Shown piece after piece: positions 20,415-30,315 of a stretch of 64,000 nt of DNA; within the stretch, counting starts at the first letter, position 1, and each line of letters opens with the position of its first letter. The notes beneath the pieces were generated by a model. That model was given only the letters and a program-made list of their open reading frames with translations. It was not told where the DNA came from and did no database searches. A program made the position numbers and the translations under genes. The stretch comes from Pirellulaceae bacterium (GTDB lineage Bacteria; Planctomycetota; Planctomycetia; Pirellulales; Pirellulaceae): the NCBI GenBank assembly GCA_041745295.1, contig JBGTJE010000103.1, positions 25,689 through 89,688 of the forward strand. The letters are read 5' to 3'.

Positions 20415-21616
20415 CGTGCTTGTCGACTTACGGCAATCGGTCGGACACTGCCTTGATAGGTTCGCGATCGCTCGACCAACAGTTTGGAGTTTCGGGCCAA
20501 GGACCGCGCAGTCACTTCACTAATTCGTTGTTGGCCGAGCAAATCGGCCAAGCACTGGTCCAAGGTATACATGCCTTCGGCACCGCTCGTCTCAATAATC
20601 GAGCGTATTTGTTTGAGGTTGGCTTGGGCGATCAAGTTGGATACGGCGGGCGTTACGTGCAACACTTCGCTGGCGAGGACTCGTTGTGTGCGTTGTTCGG
20701 TTCCGGGTCGGCGGCCGGCAGGGCTTTCGCCGATCAACAAGTGCTGGGCAATAATCGACCGCAACGTCGCCGAAATCTGGTGTCTAACCATTTCTTGTTC
20801 GTCGCCCGGAAAGACGCTCGACAATCGCTCGATCGCGCCGACGCAATCGCCGGCGTGCACGGTCGCCAAAACCAAATGGCCCGTTTCGGCCGCGGTGATG
20901 GCAGTACGAATCGTTGGGAGGTCGCGAATTTCACCCACCAAGATGACGTCCGGATCTTGCCGCACGGCGTCCACGAGGGCGCGGTGAAAATCAGGCGTGT
21001 CGAGTCCGACTTGGCGTTGGGTCACCATCGAGCGGCGCGACGCATGGACATACTCGATCGGATCCTCAATCGTGACGATGCGACAGGCCTGGGTCTGATT
21101 GATGTAATCGATCAAGGCGGCCTGCGTGGTACTTTTTCCTGAGCCCGTCGGTCCCGCCACGAGGATTAAACCGTGCTTCAAGTTGCAGATCTTGTACAAG
21201 TCTTCGTTCAGTCCCAATTCTGAAAGTTTTCGAAAATGATTTTCCAACCGCCGTAGGGCCAGCGACCAGGCATCGGACGATTTGAACAAATTGAATCGAA
21301 ACCGGGTCGCAGCATCGAGCGAAAATGCGCCGTCAACCGATCCCCTCTCGTCCAATTGCCGGTGCAATTCCGCGCTCAGGAACGAATTCGCCATCGACTT
21401 GACTTGCTCGTTGGAGAGGCGTTCGGCCTTTGCCGGTTGCCAAGGGACCAAGTCTCCTTGGATTCGCACATGCGGAACTTGCCCCGCCGAGAGATGCACA
21501 TCGCTGGCGCCGTGTTCGACCGCCGACTTTAACAGCGATTTGAGTGACTCATCGAGCGTGATGTCGTTCATTGACGATTGTCCTTTGCGGCGATTGGATG
21601 GGGGGTTAGACCCCAA
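20411..21616 (-). CDS. pilT: PilT/PilU-family retraction ATPase
   Basis: Walker A AGPTGSGKST, GEIRD, ATGHLVLATVHAGD. 401 aa with a short N-terminal extension; the start is possibly the ATG giving MNDITLD. Its stop overlaps the GspE start in an ATGA. Confidence 0.8.
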   Translation of the reverse strand: MGSNPPSNRRKGQSSMNDITLDESLKSLLKSAVEHGASDVHLSAGQVPHVRIQGDLVPWQPAKAERLSNEQVKSMANSFLSAELHRQLDERGSVDGAFSLDAATRFRFNLFKSSDAWSLALRRLENHFRKLSELGLNEDLYKICNLKHGLILVAGPTGSGKSTTQAALIDYINQTQACRIVTIEDPIEYVHASRRSMVTQRQVGLDTPDFHRALVDAVRQDPDVILVGEIRDLPTIRTAITAAETGHLVLATVHAGDCVGAIERLSSVFPGDEQEMVRHQISATLRSIIAQHLLIGESPAGRRPGTEQRTQRVLASEVLHVTPAVSNLIAQANLKQIRSIIETSGAEGMYTLDQCLADLLGQQRISEVTARSLARNSKLLVERSRTYQGSVRPIAVSRQAR

Positions 21617-22214
21617 ACACGATCGTCCATTTGTGCTGCCCTTTATCCAGTTCCGTCGCTTTGAGCGAAAAGGACAATGGGATGATTTTGAGTCGTTTCA
21701 AATCCAAACTTGAGAAAAATCCTGCCATGCCGGTCCATCCACCTTCGAATTCAACGTGCCAGTATTCGATCGGCGTTGCCGGCGTCTGCTCCTCCATCAC
21801 GCGGATAATTTCCTCGAAGTATTCAGAGAGTTGGGGCTTTTCCGCAAACTTCTGGCTCAGAATTGAGAGGTCGTGTTTGCGGGCAAGCTCTGTGACTTCC
21901 TTGGCCGCTTCCAGGCGAGACTCGTTCCCGCGCCAAGTCTGGCTGATGAAGCCAATTTGTTTTTGGTCGTCGGCCATTCGAGTCTTGAGCCGTTGCAGGT
22001 TATCGCGAGCGTAATCCAGATTCTGACGGGCCGCATCGGCGACGGATTTATCGACGGCGACCAGGGAGGCGGCGGCGAGGTCGCTCGAATGGTCATCCAA
22101 CGCGCTCCGTTTGGGAATGGCGTACAACGTGAAATAAAGCGCCAGCACGGCAGCGGCTGGAAACAACGCCAACAGGTTGCGCTCTCGGTTAGTTCGGGTG
22201 GCTTTAGGGACCAT
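21606..22214 (-). CDS. PilO/GspM-like bitopic membrane protein
   Basis: 202 aa with one TM helix (LLALFPAAAVLALYFTLYAI), a coiled coil, and a periplasmic domain. Sits in the PilO/GspM position of the operon. Confidence 0.5.
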   Translation of the reverse strand: MVPKATRTNRERNLLALFPAAAVLALYFTLYAIPKRSALDDHSSDLAAASLVAVDKSVADAARQNLDYARDNLQRLKTRMADDQKQIGFISQTWRGNESRLEAAKEVTELARKHDLSILSQKFAEKPQLSEYFEEIIRVMEEQTPATPIEYWHVEFEGGWTGMAGFFSSLDLKRLKIIPLSFSLKATELDKGQHKWTIVFGV

Positions 22215-23649
22215 CGGCGGCCTCTGCGAGTTGTATCGTTACGGGAGCATTTCCCTCGGTCGGTTTTTCGTCCGCCACTGGCGTTGTGCCACTCGCTGGA
22301 ATCGAAGCTACTTCACTCGGCCCGATGTCTTCCAAGAGAATTTTGAATTGCCACGGGCCGCCGCTGGTCATCTTTTTCTCGCCGATTTGCGTCGCCGGAT
22401 TGACTTGCCAGCCCAGCGGGCGGGCCAAGTCGCGGAGGCGATTTGCAAACAATGGCGCCGATTCGCCGTTGAGCGAAATTCCTGAAATCATCGTTCCTTT
22501 TTCATTGGGCAAGAGTTCTTCGATTAGCAAATCGTCGGTGCGCACTTGCACCAATAAGTCCAGCAATCGCGAAAATCGCACCGTCTGTTGATTAAACAAG
22601 AACTGAATGCGTTGCACTTGTTCTTGTGTTTTCGCGGCCAGCGACGCAAGATCGGCGCGTTCTTGGGTGATCCGGTTGAGATCCTCATCGTAGCGACGCT
22701 TGGCTGCCGCGGGGACCTGCAACAGTGCGATCTGATCCACGACGCGCTCGATGCGTCGATTCAACCAAAGCGCGTGCCAGAGACATGCTCCCAACGCCAG
22801 CAGGATAATGGCAACGCCGACGGCAAGTCGCGCATTCGGAACCGATGACGTTCGTCGCGTGGTAAGGATTGGGATTCGGTCGGCCAAATCCGCGGCGGCC
22901 GCGTCCGTCAGCCAATCGCGGATGCGCTGTTCGTCCTCCAACAATTCCAAATTGGCATCGGGCAACATCCGCGAGGCATTGGGCCCGATGACAAATCTCG
23001 TTGTGTGCGTCAGATCATCGACTTGGCTCAACCCCATATCCTCCATCCAGCGAAGTGAATCGCCGGCACAATGACTGGTGGAGGATGGAATCGAACTCCC
23101 TTCCGGAAATGCGGCTACTAAGTTTGCCCAAAACTCAATGCGGCGAACCAACGTGGGATTTTCCCCAATGCGAGCTTGAACACCCGTGGGATGAGCCATT
23201 CCGATCGAGCGCACTTTGCTCGCGATAAGTTGATCGCTGATCGCGGACCATTCGGTTTGTGGCAACACGGTGATCCAATAGAAATCGTTAGCGCCGTCGT
23301 CGCCGGCGTGCCTGGCCGCCAAGATGACTTCGTCCGCCTCGATACCCGCTAGGGTCTCGACTTCGTATTTGAGGGCTTGTTCCAACTCGTGCTGCTCGAG
23401 CCCAACGACGGTCTGTCGTGGCAGCGAAATTCGACTGGTCCAAAGGCTGGAGGAAAACAATAGCAATCGACGACCAAGCGGGTTTTTCGCATTCTGAACC
23501 GCGTGAAATCCCTGCAATACGGTCGCCGACGGATCGAGATCCGCGCGAACCGAATTCGTCATGCGGGGGTGCGATTTGCCCACGAAATCTCCGCGCATGA
23601 CGAAGCCGCCACTGCAAAGAATCACGGTAACATCCGGTCGCCTACTCAT
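22204..23649 (-). CDS. PilM-PilN fusion, GspL-like (cytoplasmic actin-like domain + TM + periplasmic domain)
   Basis: 481 aa. N-terminal domain of about 270 aa, a central TM helix AVGVAIILLALGACLWHALWL, then a coiled coil and C-terminal domain. Confidence 0.5.
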   Translation of the reverse strand: MSRRPDVTVILCSGGFVMRGDFVGKSHPRMTNSVRADLDPSATVLQGFHAVQNAKNPLGRRLLLFSSSLWTSRISLPRQTVVGLEQHELEQALKYEVETLAGIEADEVILAARHAGDDGANDFYWITVLPQTEWSAISDQLIASKVRSIGMAHPTGVQARIGENPTLVRRIEFWANLVAAFPEGSSIPSSTSHCAGDSLRWMEDMGLSQVDDLTHTTRFVIGPNASRMLPDANLELLEDEQRIRDWLTDAAAADLADRIPILTTRRTSSVPNARLAVGVAIILLALGACLWHALWLNRRIERVVDQIALLQVPAAAKRRYDEDLNRITQERADLASLAAKTQEQVQRIQFLFNQQTVRFSRLLDLLVQVRTDDLLIEELLPNEKGTMISGISLNGESAPLFANRLRDLARPLGWQVNPATQIGEKKMTSGGPWQFKILLEDIGPSEVASIPASGTTPVADEKPTEGNAPVTIQLAEAADGP

Positions 23650-24521
23650 GGTTGGGTCGCCACCGCCGGTTCCAAATTGAGATTCAAGGTAAGGCCCCCG
23701 CGCGGGACTTGAACGTATTTCACGATCCGTTGACTGCCCGACCGCAAACAGATCGCGCGAAGGCCGATTGGAACGGACGAGAAACGAAAGGAATTCGCGT
23801 TGGGGTCTTCGTCGCTGAGTACGAAGAGTGCATCCGTCGAGCGATCGGGTTGAGGCACGAGCATCACGACATCGATGGTCGCGCCGGGGGGCTGATTCGT
23901 ACTCACTGTCCCCGCAACTACAACCATACCGCTCGACAAATCCAAACGCAGCGGCTCATGCAACGGGGGAGGGGTGCGACACTCGACTGCCAGGATCGTT
24001 CCGCGCGGATCGGTTTGCAACTCCAACGGTCGAGCCCAAGGATCGACGATCTCGCGGTGCCCGACCGCCAACGTCAAATAGGGCGCACGCCAGCCACAGG
24101 GCAAACGAATGTCGGAATAGTCAACCGGTTGTTTCGGTCCCGGGCGAAACTGAAATGGATAAGCAACCGCCAAGGCGCACTGCGGATTCCAAAGCTCCTC
24201 GAACGCTCCCGACGAAGTCGAGTCAGTCCTCGCCGCTGCAATATGCTGTGGCGGACGTCCGATGTCGGCGACGAATCCTTGGATCATCGGGGTGCCATCG
24301 GGCTGCCGTGCTTCGGCAGAACCAAGTGCCGCGGCGCCAATTTCGCGCAACAGTGCGCACGCTTGGTCAAATCGATTGCTTTCGATGCGCGGTTGCAGCG
24401 AGTGCACCGCCAACGTTGCGACGATCGACAAAATGACCAGCACCGCCAACAGCTCAAGCAGCGTCAGAGCGCGTGTGCGACGACGGACGAGGGCAACTCG
24501 ACATAGGAGTGGACGAGGCAT
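23646..24521 (-). CDS. Prepilin-type (class III signal) pilin/pseudopilin-like protein
   Basis: N-terminus RRTRALTLLELLAVLVILSIVA, with Glu at +5 and a hydrophobic helix. 291 aa. Confidence 0.7.
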   Translation of the reverse strand: MPRPLLCRVALVRRRTRALTLLELLAVLVILSIVATLAVHSLQPRIESNRFDQACALLREIGAAALGSAEARQPDGTPMIQGFVADIGRPPQHIAAARTDSTSSGAFEELWNPQCALAVAYPFQFRPGPKQPVDYSDIRLPCGWRAPYLTLAVGHREIVDPWARPLELQTDPRGTILAVECRTPPPLHEPLRLDLSSGMVVVAGTVSTNQPPGATIDVVMLVPQPDRSTDALFVLSDEDPNANSFRFSSVPIGLRAICLRSGSQRIVKYVQVPRGGLTLNLNLEPAVATQP

Positions 24522-24622
24522 GGGCAGACGAGGTCAGTTCAAAATCGAACCGCGAGGCGGCGCCGATCGCTTTCGGGGACCTGGCGCATCTCGCGCAATG
24601 CATCGGTTTGGCAGTCATCGAG

Positions 24623-25300
24623 TTATCGTCGGGCATCGGGCACAAGCAAAAACATCACCAAATCATCTCCGCAATCCTTCATCGTAAGCTCGTGCGTTTC
24701 GCTGATTCCCGGACGCATATTGTCAGGATCGGCCGGCGTGTCCACTTTGCCGTTCGGGCCTGCGGAAACGACGCGCATAAAAGTCGCCTCGGTTTCGTCG
24801 ACACGGCCGTTCGAATCGTAATCGACCTGTACTTCAATCTCGTGGCCCCAGCCATCCACGACCGTGGGTTGACCGGCTGTCCCTTTGCCCGTCGGCAAGA
24901 GGTACGGCCCGCGCCACCCAACGCCAAACAAAGGATTGTATTTCGCCAAGTTGGGCGCGGTGTTTTGAATTTGTGCCGGCGCCTCGGTTTCGACCAATTC
25001 CGAGATGGTTCTGGGAACGGCGTTCGGGTGATGAATCAGGTTTTCCAATACACCTTGTTCCCCGATCATCGCGTCCCGAATTACGGTCATCGATGACGCC
25101 GTGACGATTTCCGAAGGGGATTTCTTGTACTCGCCAAGCTGAATCGCGCTATGATCAAAGAAAATAGGCTGCAAGAGGGCCGCGGTCGCGACCAATATGA
25201 ACAACACGACCACCAGCTCAAGTAACGAGAATCCGCCGCGCAAGGTCGCTTCCAGTTGCGAATTCCACATCGCAATCGAGTTCTTTCGATCGCTCTTCAT
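24623..25300 (-). CDS. Prepilin-type pseudopilin-like protein
   Basis: N-terminus GGFSLLELVVVLFILVATAALL, with the G|FxxxE class III signal. 225 aa. Confidence 0.7.
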   Translation of the reverse strand: MKSDRKNSIAMWNSQLEATLRGGFSLLELVVVLFILVATAALLQPIFFDHSAIQLGEYKKSPSEIVTASSMTVIRDAMIGEQGVLENLIHHPNAVPRTISELVETEAPAQIQNTAPNLAKYNPLFGVGWRGPYLLPTGKGTAGQPTVVDGWGHEIEVQVDYDSNGRVDETEATFMRVVSAGPNGKVDTPADPDNMRPGISETHELTMKDCGDDLVMFLLVPDARR

Positions 25301-25414
25301 TTTTGACTCCTAGCACCGACGAGGTAATTCCGTTTCGTTCATCGCATGACCATGCCGATCGTCCGAATCTCGGACTTTCGCTAGCTTCGCAGCGACGAAT
25401 CGAGCGACGGGCTG

Positions 25415-26239
25415 TTATTGAGTCGCGTAAAAATCCTCAAGTTGTCCGGATAATCCTTGTATTCCCTTGGACGATGCAACGACCGGACCGATATAGCGAG
25501 CCGCCGATCGCTGTGAACTCTCTCGCTTCAGTTCCACGACTACCAGGAATCGGGCGTAAGTCGCTTGTGGGTTGGCTGTCGGTTGATCACTTAAATACAA
25601 TGGCGCTTCGGCAAACATCGCCGTTGACGCCTGACCCACTAACGAACATTGGTTTCCCAAGCCAAACACTAAAAGGGCCCCGTTGGAAGGCGGGTCCATA
25701 TTCCACAGTGCTCGGGACACCGTCAAACTGCGTTCAGGTTTAATCGCAGCCACCTTGGCGGAAGCTGAAATCCTGACCGAAGGCTGCTGGTGGGAGTCAA
25801 AAGTCGCGTTTTGCGGTGATTTTTCCGCAGGAATGAGTTCAGTTACGCCAATTTGTGCCAATGCCGTGACGTCTTCAGCGGTCAACGAAACCGCAGAGAT
25901 TTCATCGGCTAGGCCAATGTAATCGGCCAAACCACCGTTTAAGTTGCCGGTCGACGCGATTAGCGAATCGAATCGGTCGCCAATCGACCCCTGATTCATA
26001 AGCTGACTTCGTCGAATTCCCGCATCAATCTCTTTGAGGTTCGTCGCCGACGCCGTCAGTTGCGTCTGACGAAGCAATCCGGGCAAAGTCGCGACGACAA
26101 TGCCGCTCAACGCTATCAAAATCGTCAAAACGACCAGCAATTCCAACAGCGTTAGCCCCGACGACTTTAAAAAGCCGGACACTTGCCGCTCGCGAGAACT
26201 ACCTGAAATCATGGCCGGATATAGGATTTCTTGTTTCAT
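25415..26239 (-). CDS. Prepilin-type pseudopilin-like protein
   Basis: N-terminus SSGLTLLELLVVLTILIALSGIVVA, a class III signal. 274 aa. First gene of the operon. Confidence 0.7.
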   Translation of the reverse strand: MKQEILYPAMISGSSRERQVSGFLKSSGLTLLELLVVLTILIALSGIVVATLPGLLRQTQLTASATNLKEIDAGIRRSQLMNQGSIGDRFDSLIASTGNLNGGLADYIGLADEISAVSLTAEDVTALAQIGVTELIPAEKSPQNATFDSHQQPSVRISASAKVAAIKPERSLTVSRALWNMDPPSNGALLVFGLGNQCSLVGQASTAMFAEAPLYLSDQPTANPQATYARFLVVVELKRESSQRSAARYIGPVVASSKGIQGLSGQLEDFYATQ

Positions 26240-26639
26240 GCTGGGACGACTTCCGCTGTCGGTTAATATGCTGACAATCGGCTTCCGCCTCTACAGTTCG
26301 GGCTATTTTATCGAATCGCCTTATAACAAACACTAAGCCAACCCTTGTTTCGTGGCTTGGCTCACATTTTTAATGAAGTTTTTTAAAGTAGTGGTTAGAT
26401 TCGTAATGGAAACGCCAAATTAGTCTGTTCGTCGTCAAATTGACTCCAAATTCCGTTTTGTAGTCTGCTCCTTGCTCGCCGTCTCTTTGCGAACAACTCG
26501 AAATCGACATGAAATCGAAAAGGTTTTACGGGAAATGATGGAACCGGCGTCGCTTTACGCAACTTCGTCAAATGATAAGCTTAGCCCGTTTTATCGCGCG
26601 TTTTGACCACGCGAGCCATTGCCAAGGGAATAGCGACCC
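26240..26639. promoter_or_regulatory. AT-rich divergent promoter region between the pilus operon (minus strand) and apt (plus strand)
   Basis: 400 bp of clearly lower-GC, non-coding sequence between divergent gene starts. Confidence 0.5.
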
Positions 26640-27173
26640 ATGAACAAAGCCGGGACGATTGAGCTGAAGGATTTCATTCGCGACATCCCCAATTATCCGA
26701 AGCCGGGAATACTTTTTAAGGACATTACACCGTTGTTGCGACATCCGGAAGCGTTCAAATTGGCGGTCGATCGGATGGCAAATCACCATCGCGACTTGTC
26801 GATTGACGTGGTCGTCGCGGTGGAGGCACGGGGCTTCATTTTTGCGGCGCCGATCGCAGTGGCGCTGGGGGTTGGGTTTGTTCCGGTGCGCAAGCCTGGC
26901 AAGCTTCCTTACCTGCGGCACTCGCATAGCTACGAACTCGAATACGGATCCGACACGTTGGAAATGCACATCGACGGAGTCGAACGCGGTCAACGGGTTT
27001 TGATTGTGGACGATTTATTGGCGACCGGAGGCACCGTCGACGCGTGTTGTCAGATTGTGGAAAAAAGCGAAGCCTACATTGTTGGATGTACGTTTTTGGT
27101 GGAACTTTTGTTTCTCAAAGGCGCCGAGCGTTTACGGCCGCGTCCGGTCTTTAGCCTGATGCAATACTCGTGA
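26640..27173 (+). CDS. apt: Adenine phosphoribosyltransferase
   Basis: 177 aa. DFIRDIPNYPKPGILFKDITPLL, and the PRPP-binding motif VLIVDDLLATGGT. Confidence 0.9.
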   Translation: MNKAGTIELKDFIRDIPNYPKPGILFKDITPLLRHPEAFKLAVDRMANHHRDLSIDVVVAVEARGFIFAAPIAVALGVGFVPVRKPGKLPYLRHSHSYELEYGSDTLEMHIDGVERGQRVLIVDDLLATGGTVDACCQIVEKSEAYIVGCTFLVELLFLKGAERLRPRPVFSLMQYS

Positions 27174-27183
27174 TAATTTGTTT

Positions 27184-27241
27184 AACGCCCAGCCGAAGGC
27201 GCCGGCATTTTGAATCGCCCAATCGCCTTCGGTTTGGCGTT
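27184..27241. terminator. GC-rich palindrome in the convergent apt / deacetylase intergenic region. Likely a bidirectional terminator or REP-like element.
   Basis: aacgcccagccgaaggcg ... cgccttcggtttggcgtt, a 16/18 inverted repeat with a 22-nt loop. It shares AGCCGAAGGCG with 35826..35836. Confidence 0.5.
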
Positions 27242-27271
27242 GAACGAATCAGTTCACTTTTACGTGCTTCT

Positions 27272-27979
27272 TCAAAATAGTTCGCGAAAGCCGCGCAATG
27301 CAACGGGTTCGCGACTGGCAAACGGTTCGCCAAACCTCGTGCCGATCATTTTTCCCCAATACGACGCCTCGTCGCGCAGCTGATCCAGGAATGTCGGCGT
27401 CTCGCTTTGCCGACCGACGATGAACTGACTAGCATAACAGCGAATCGAGTTCAGCTTCTGCTCAAATTGTTCTGAGATATCGAGCACGAACGACGGCTGC
27501 GCGTTGTGTTTCAGATGGACACAATAATAGTAATAGAGTCGCGCGGGATGATGGGGTGTTCCCGGCATGTCCGTCTTCGTGAGCTTGGCCCAGAATCGGG
27601 CCGCGTCCACGAGCTGCGTAGCTGCTGCGTGGTCGGGATGCGCGTCGATCCAAAATGGTCCGAACAACCATTTGGGTTGTGTCAATCTTATCACGGTTGC
27701 CAATTGTCGACGCGCATCGAGCGTTGGCTCCAGGCTGCGATTAGGTAGGCCCAAATTCTCGCGCCACGTCAGTTGCAGCACGTGGGTGGCAGCTTCGGTT
27801 TCGGCAGCTCGGGTCTGTTCGGTTCCGTGCGGCGTTGGTTCGCCGTTGGTCAGGTCCAGGACGCCCACTCGAAGGCCTTGGTCCATCATCTTGATCATCG
27901 CGCCGCCCATCCCCAACTCGGCGTCGTCCGGATGCGGTGCGATAATAAGCACGTCCAATGGCGTATGCGAGATTTTCAT
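27272..27979 (-). CDS. PIG-L/LmbE-family N-acetylglucosaminyl deacetylase
   Basis: VLIIAPHPDDAELGMGGAMIKMMDQGLRVGVLDLTNGEPTPHGT is the hallmark PIG-L N-terminus. 235 aa. Confidence 0.75.
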   Translation of the reverse strand: MKISHTPLDVLIIAPHPDDAELGMGGAMIKMMDQGLRVGVLDLTNGEPTPHGTEQTRAAETEAATHVLQLTWRENLGLPNRSLEPTLDARRQLATVIRLTQPKWLFGPFWIDAHPDHAAATQLVDAARFWAKLTKTDMPGTPHHPARLYYYYCVHLKHNAQPSFVLDISEQFEQKLNSIRCYASQFIVGRQSETPTFLDQLRDEASYWGKMIGTRFGEPFASREPVALRGFRELF

Positions 27980-28179
27980 GCCGAGCTTCCAAGTTGCAAA
28001 ATGTCAACTGTTATGCGGCCGCTCGTCGGCCAATTTGGCCTAGACGCGCGCGGAACGCATTGTCACACTCTCCATCCGATTTGAAACCGCCCTCACTGGA
28101 CTGCTCAGTCGGCATCTGGTCAAGGGCCATTGTTGGTCTCGTCCAAGGCGCAAGACGACAAAAATAGGAAGCTGTCCTG

Positions 28180-28422
28180 ATGCGATTCGTCATCCTTACA
28201 ATCCTGCTTGCGTTGACGGTAACCGACGTCGGCTGCGCTACCAATCCCTGGTCTCGACCCCACGACACGCACGCCGCGGAGCTCGGCGGCACGCAATCCC
28301 CAACCGGCGACGACGCCGAATCGAAAGCCGCGAAAACCCGACCTTGGAATACGAGCATTTGGGGATCCGACGCTCGGGCCAGGGAAGTCGAACGAAGCCT
28401 TGGCTATGACGGATCTAATTGA
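28180..28422 (+). CDS. Small secreted/lipoprotein-like hypothetical protein (80 aa)
   Basis: Signal peptide MRFVILTILLALTVTDVGCA. Confidence 0.4.
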   Translation: MRFVILTILLALTVTDVGCATNPWSRPHDTHAAELGGTQSPTGDDAESKAAKTRPWNTSIWGSDARAREVERSLGYDGSN

Positions 28423-28596
28423 CCTAATGGTGTCATTGGGGACGGGAAGCATTTCGTTCCAGCCCGTGGTTTGCATTTCTCAAGTTTCGCTTATGCTCGG
28501 TTAAGTGACTCACCAAAATGAGCTCGACCAGCAAGTGCGGCAATCGATAAAATCGTTCAATCATTACAATGCTTGTGGGCGCGCTTGCAACCCAAC

Positions 28597-29013
28597 ATGG
28601 GCAATCAAATTAAAACGGACGAACCGGTGGTTGCCGTCGACCATGATACAAAGACGAGTGATGGCAAGTTATTTTGCCGCCGGTGCTGGCGAGTCGAGTA
28701 CCATTTTCATACTTACCGCGAGCGGAGTCGAAGTGGGTTTGCATTTTTGCGAATCATGACGTTGGGCATGCTTGACCTGGTCGGCCCTTACCGATGCCGC
28801 TGTTGCGGCCATCGACGATTTTTGGGACTGGACATCAGCGACGCGCAAAGCGCCCGGCAAGGGGCGCCGACATGGAAGGCCCGGCCGAAGTCGCGGGAAA
28901 GCCATAAACCGTTTCGGAAATCGTTTTCAGTTTCGCGATTCGTGCGCAAGCTGTGGCGAGGTTGCAAACGTTGGATCCCTGGATTTCGCAGCCGTCGCCG
29001 TCGTCGACCTTGA
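28597..29013 (+). CDS. Hypothetical small basic Cys-rich (possible zinc-ribbon) protein
   Basis: CRRC ... CRCC motifs and a highly basic C-terminus. Weak call in an otherwise gene-poor stretch. Confidence 0.2.
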   Translation: MGNQIKTDEPVVAVDHDTKTSDGKLFCRRCWRVEYHFHTYRERSRSGFAFLRIMTLGMLDLVGPYRCRCCGHRRFLGLDISDAQSARQGAPTWKARPKSRESHKPFRKSFSVSRFVRKLWRGCKRWIPGFRSRRRRRP

Positions 29014-29359
29014 ATTCGTCGGCAACTTTTTATTCAAGGATTGCATCGCTCATCGCCCGGTCTGGATGGAACTCGAAATCGGGCTGACGAGTTGGCTACT
29101 CGCGCCGCGCTTCGTGTCGCGTGGTCACTTGGATTGATCGTCGTCGTTCGCTCCGCGAAAGGCCGTTCTTTTGCGGAGCAATAGACGGCACTCCCGCGCT
29201 GCGTACCGTATTGACGATTTTCCGAGAAAAAGCTTAAGCTACACGTGTCCTGGGTGCCCTGCCGCGGATGCTCGCAGCGACTTGCGATGTTCGCGAGACG
29301 TTCCACCGCAAACGGCGGTCGTGCCATTTCAGATTCAGCTTTGTGGGAACTTGAATTCG

Positions 29360-30157
29360 ATGACGAAACCCAAACATTTTCACAAGGCGCCGGTTCAAGC
29401 GCCTGTCGACCCGCTGGCGAAATTCGAACCCTACGTCAAACCCGTACTCATTGGGATCGGCGTATTGGTGGTAGGCATGTCGGCGATTGCATTGTGGCGG
29501 TCGCGGGTTGATTCCCGCTCGGCAAATGAATGGCGCGAGTTCAGCTTGGCGTATTTTGAAACGTCGAACACCCGCGGCCCAGATGCCATGTCACAATTCA
29601 GCGAGCGATTTCCCGCAACGACGGCTGGTTTGGCCGCGGAACAGATCGCCGGCGATATTTCCATGCGGAATGGCTTGGGCAAACAAATTCAAGACGAGGC
29701 CGGTTCGAAAAAAGATTTGGAGACCGCGCGAAAGAAATTCGAAAAGGTCGTCGATGGTTCCCCGCAAAAGAGCGGGCTGATGTACGAGCGAGCCGTCTAT
29801 TCATTGGCCTATGCCAATGAATCGCTGCGCAATTGTGACGAAGCGGTTCGCCGATACGAAGAATTGGCGAACAACGAAGAGTCGACGTTTGCCGAACTAG
29901 CGCGGCGCGGGATCGAACGATGTAAGCTTGCACAGTCCGTCGGTTTTTTTGAAGCGTTGGATAAATTCGAACAAGAACTTTCGGGGCCTGCCCCTGGCGT
30001 CGGGCTCCCCGAGCGGCCGGATATTTCCTATCCCATGCCCGCCCCGAGCGGCGAATTCGCCCCGAACGAACCAGCGGTCCCATCGGGACAAGAGAAATCG
30101 AACGACCCGGCTCCAGCGCCCAACGATTCGGCGACCGCACCGAACGGAAACAAATAG
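29360..30157 (+). CDS. Hypothetical membrane-anchored protein with a helical (TPR-like) domain and a Pro/Ala-rich C-terminus
   Basis: ATG at 29360 (MTKPKHF...). TM helix VKPVLIGIGVLVVGMSAIALW. 265 aa. The upstream extension from 29171 is probably not translated. Confidence 0.5.
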   Translation: MTKPKHFHKAPVQAPVDPLAKFEPYVKPVLIGIGVLVVGMSAIALWRSRVDSRSANEWREFSLAYFETSNTRGPDAMSQFSERFPATTAGLAAEQIAGDISMRNGLGKQIQDEAGSKKDLETARKKFEKVVDGSPQKSGLMYERAVYSLAYANESLRNCDEAVRRYEELANNEESTFAELARRGIERCKLAQSVGFFEALDKFEQELSGPAPGVGLPERPDISYPMPAPSGEFAPNEPAVPSGQEKSNDPAPAPNDSATAPNGNK

Positions 30158-30315
30158 CCCCGATGATCCGACGGTACGCACCCCGCGTTCTCCGTCGGTT
30201 TTCGATTCTCGTTTAAAACTAGCGTCCCCGCCGGCTTTTTCCGAAAACAGCACTGGCAGAGCCAGTGCTGGAGTATCACGTTTTGAGCAAAGCTGTTCCA
30301 GCAAAAGCGGAACCT

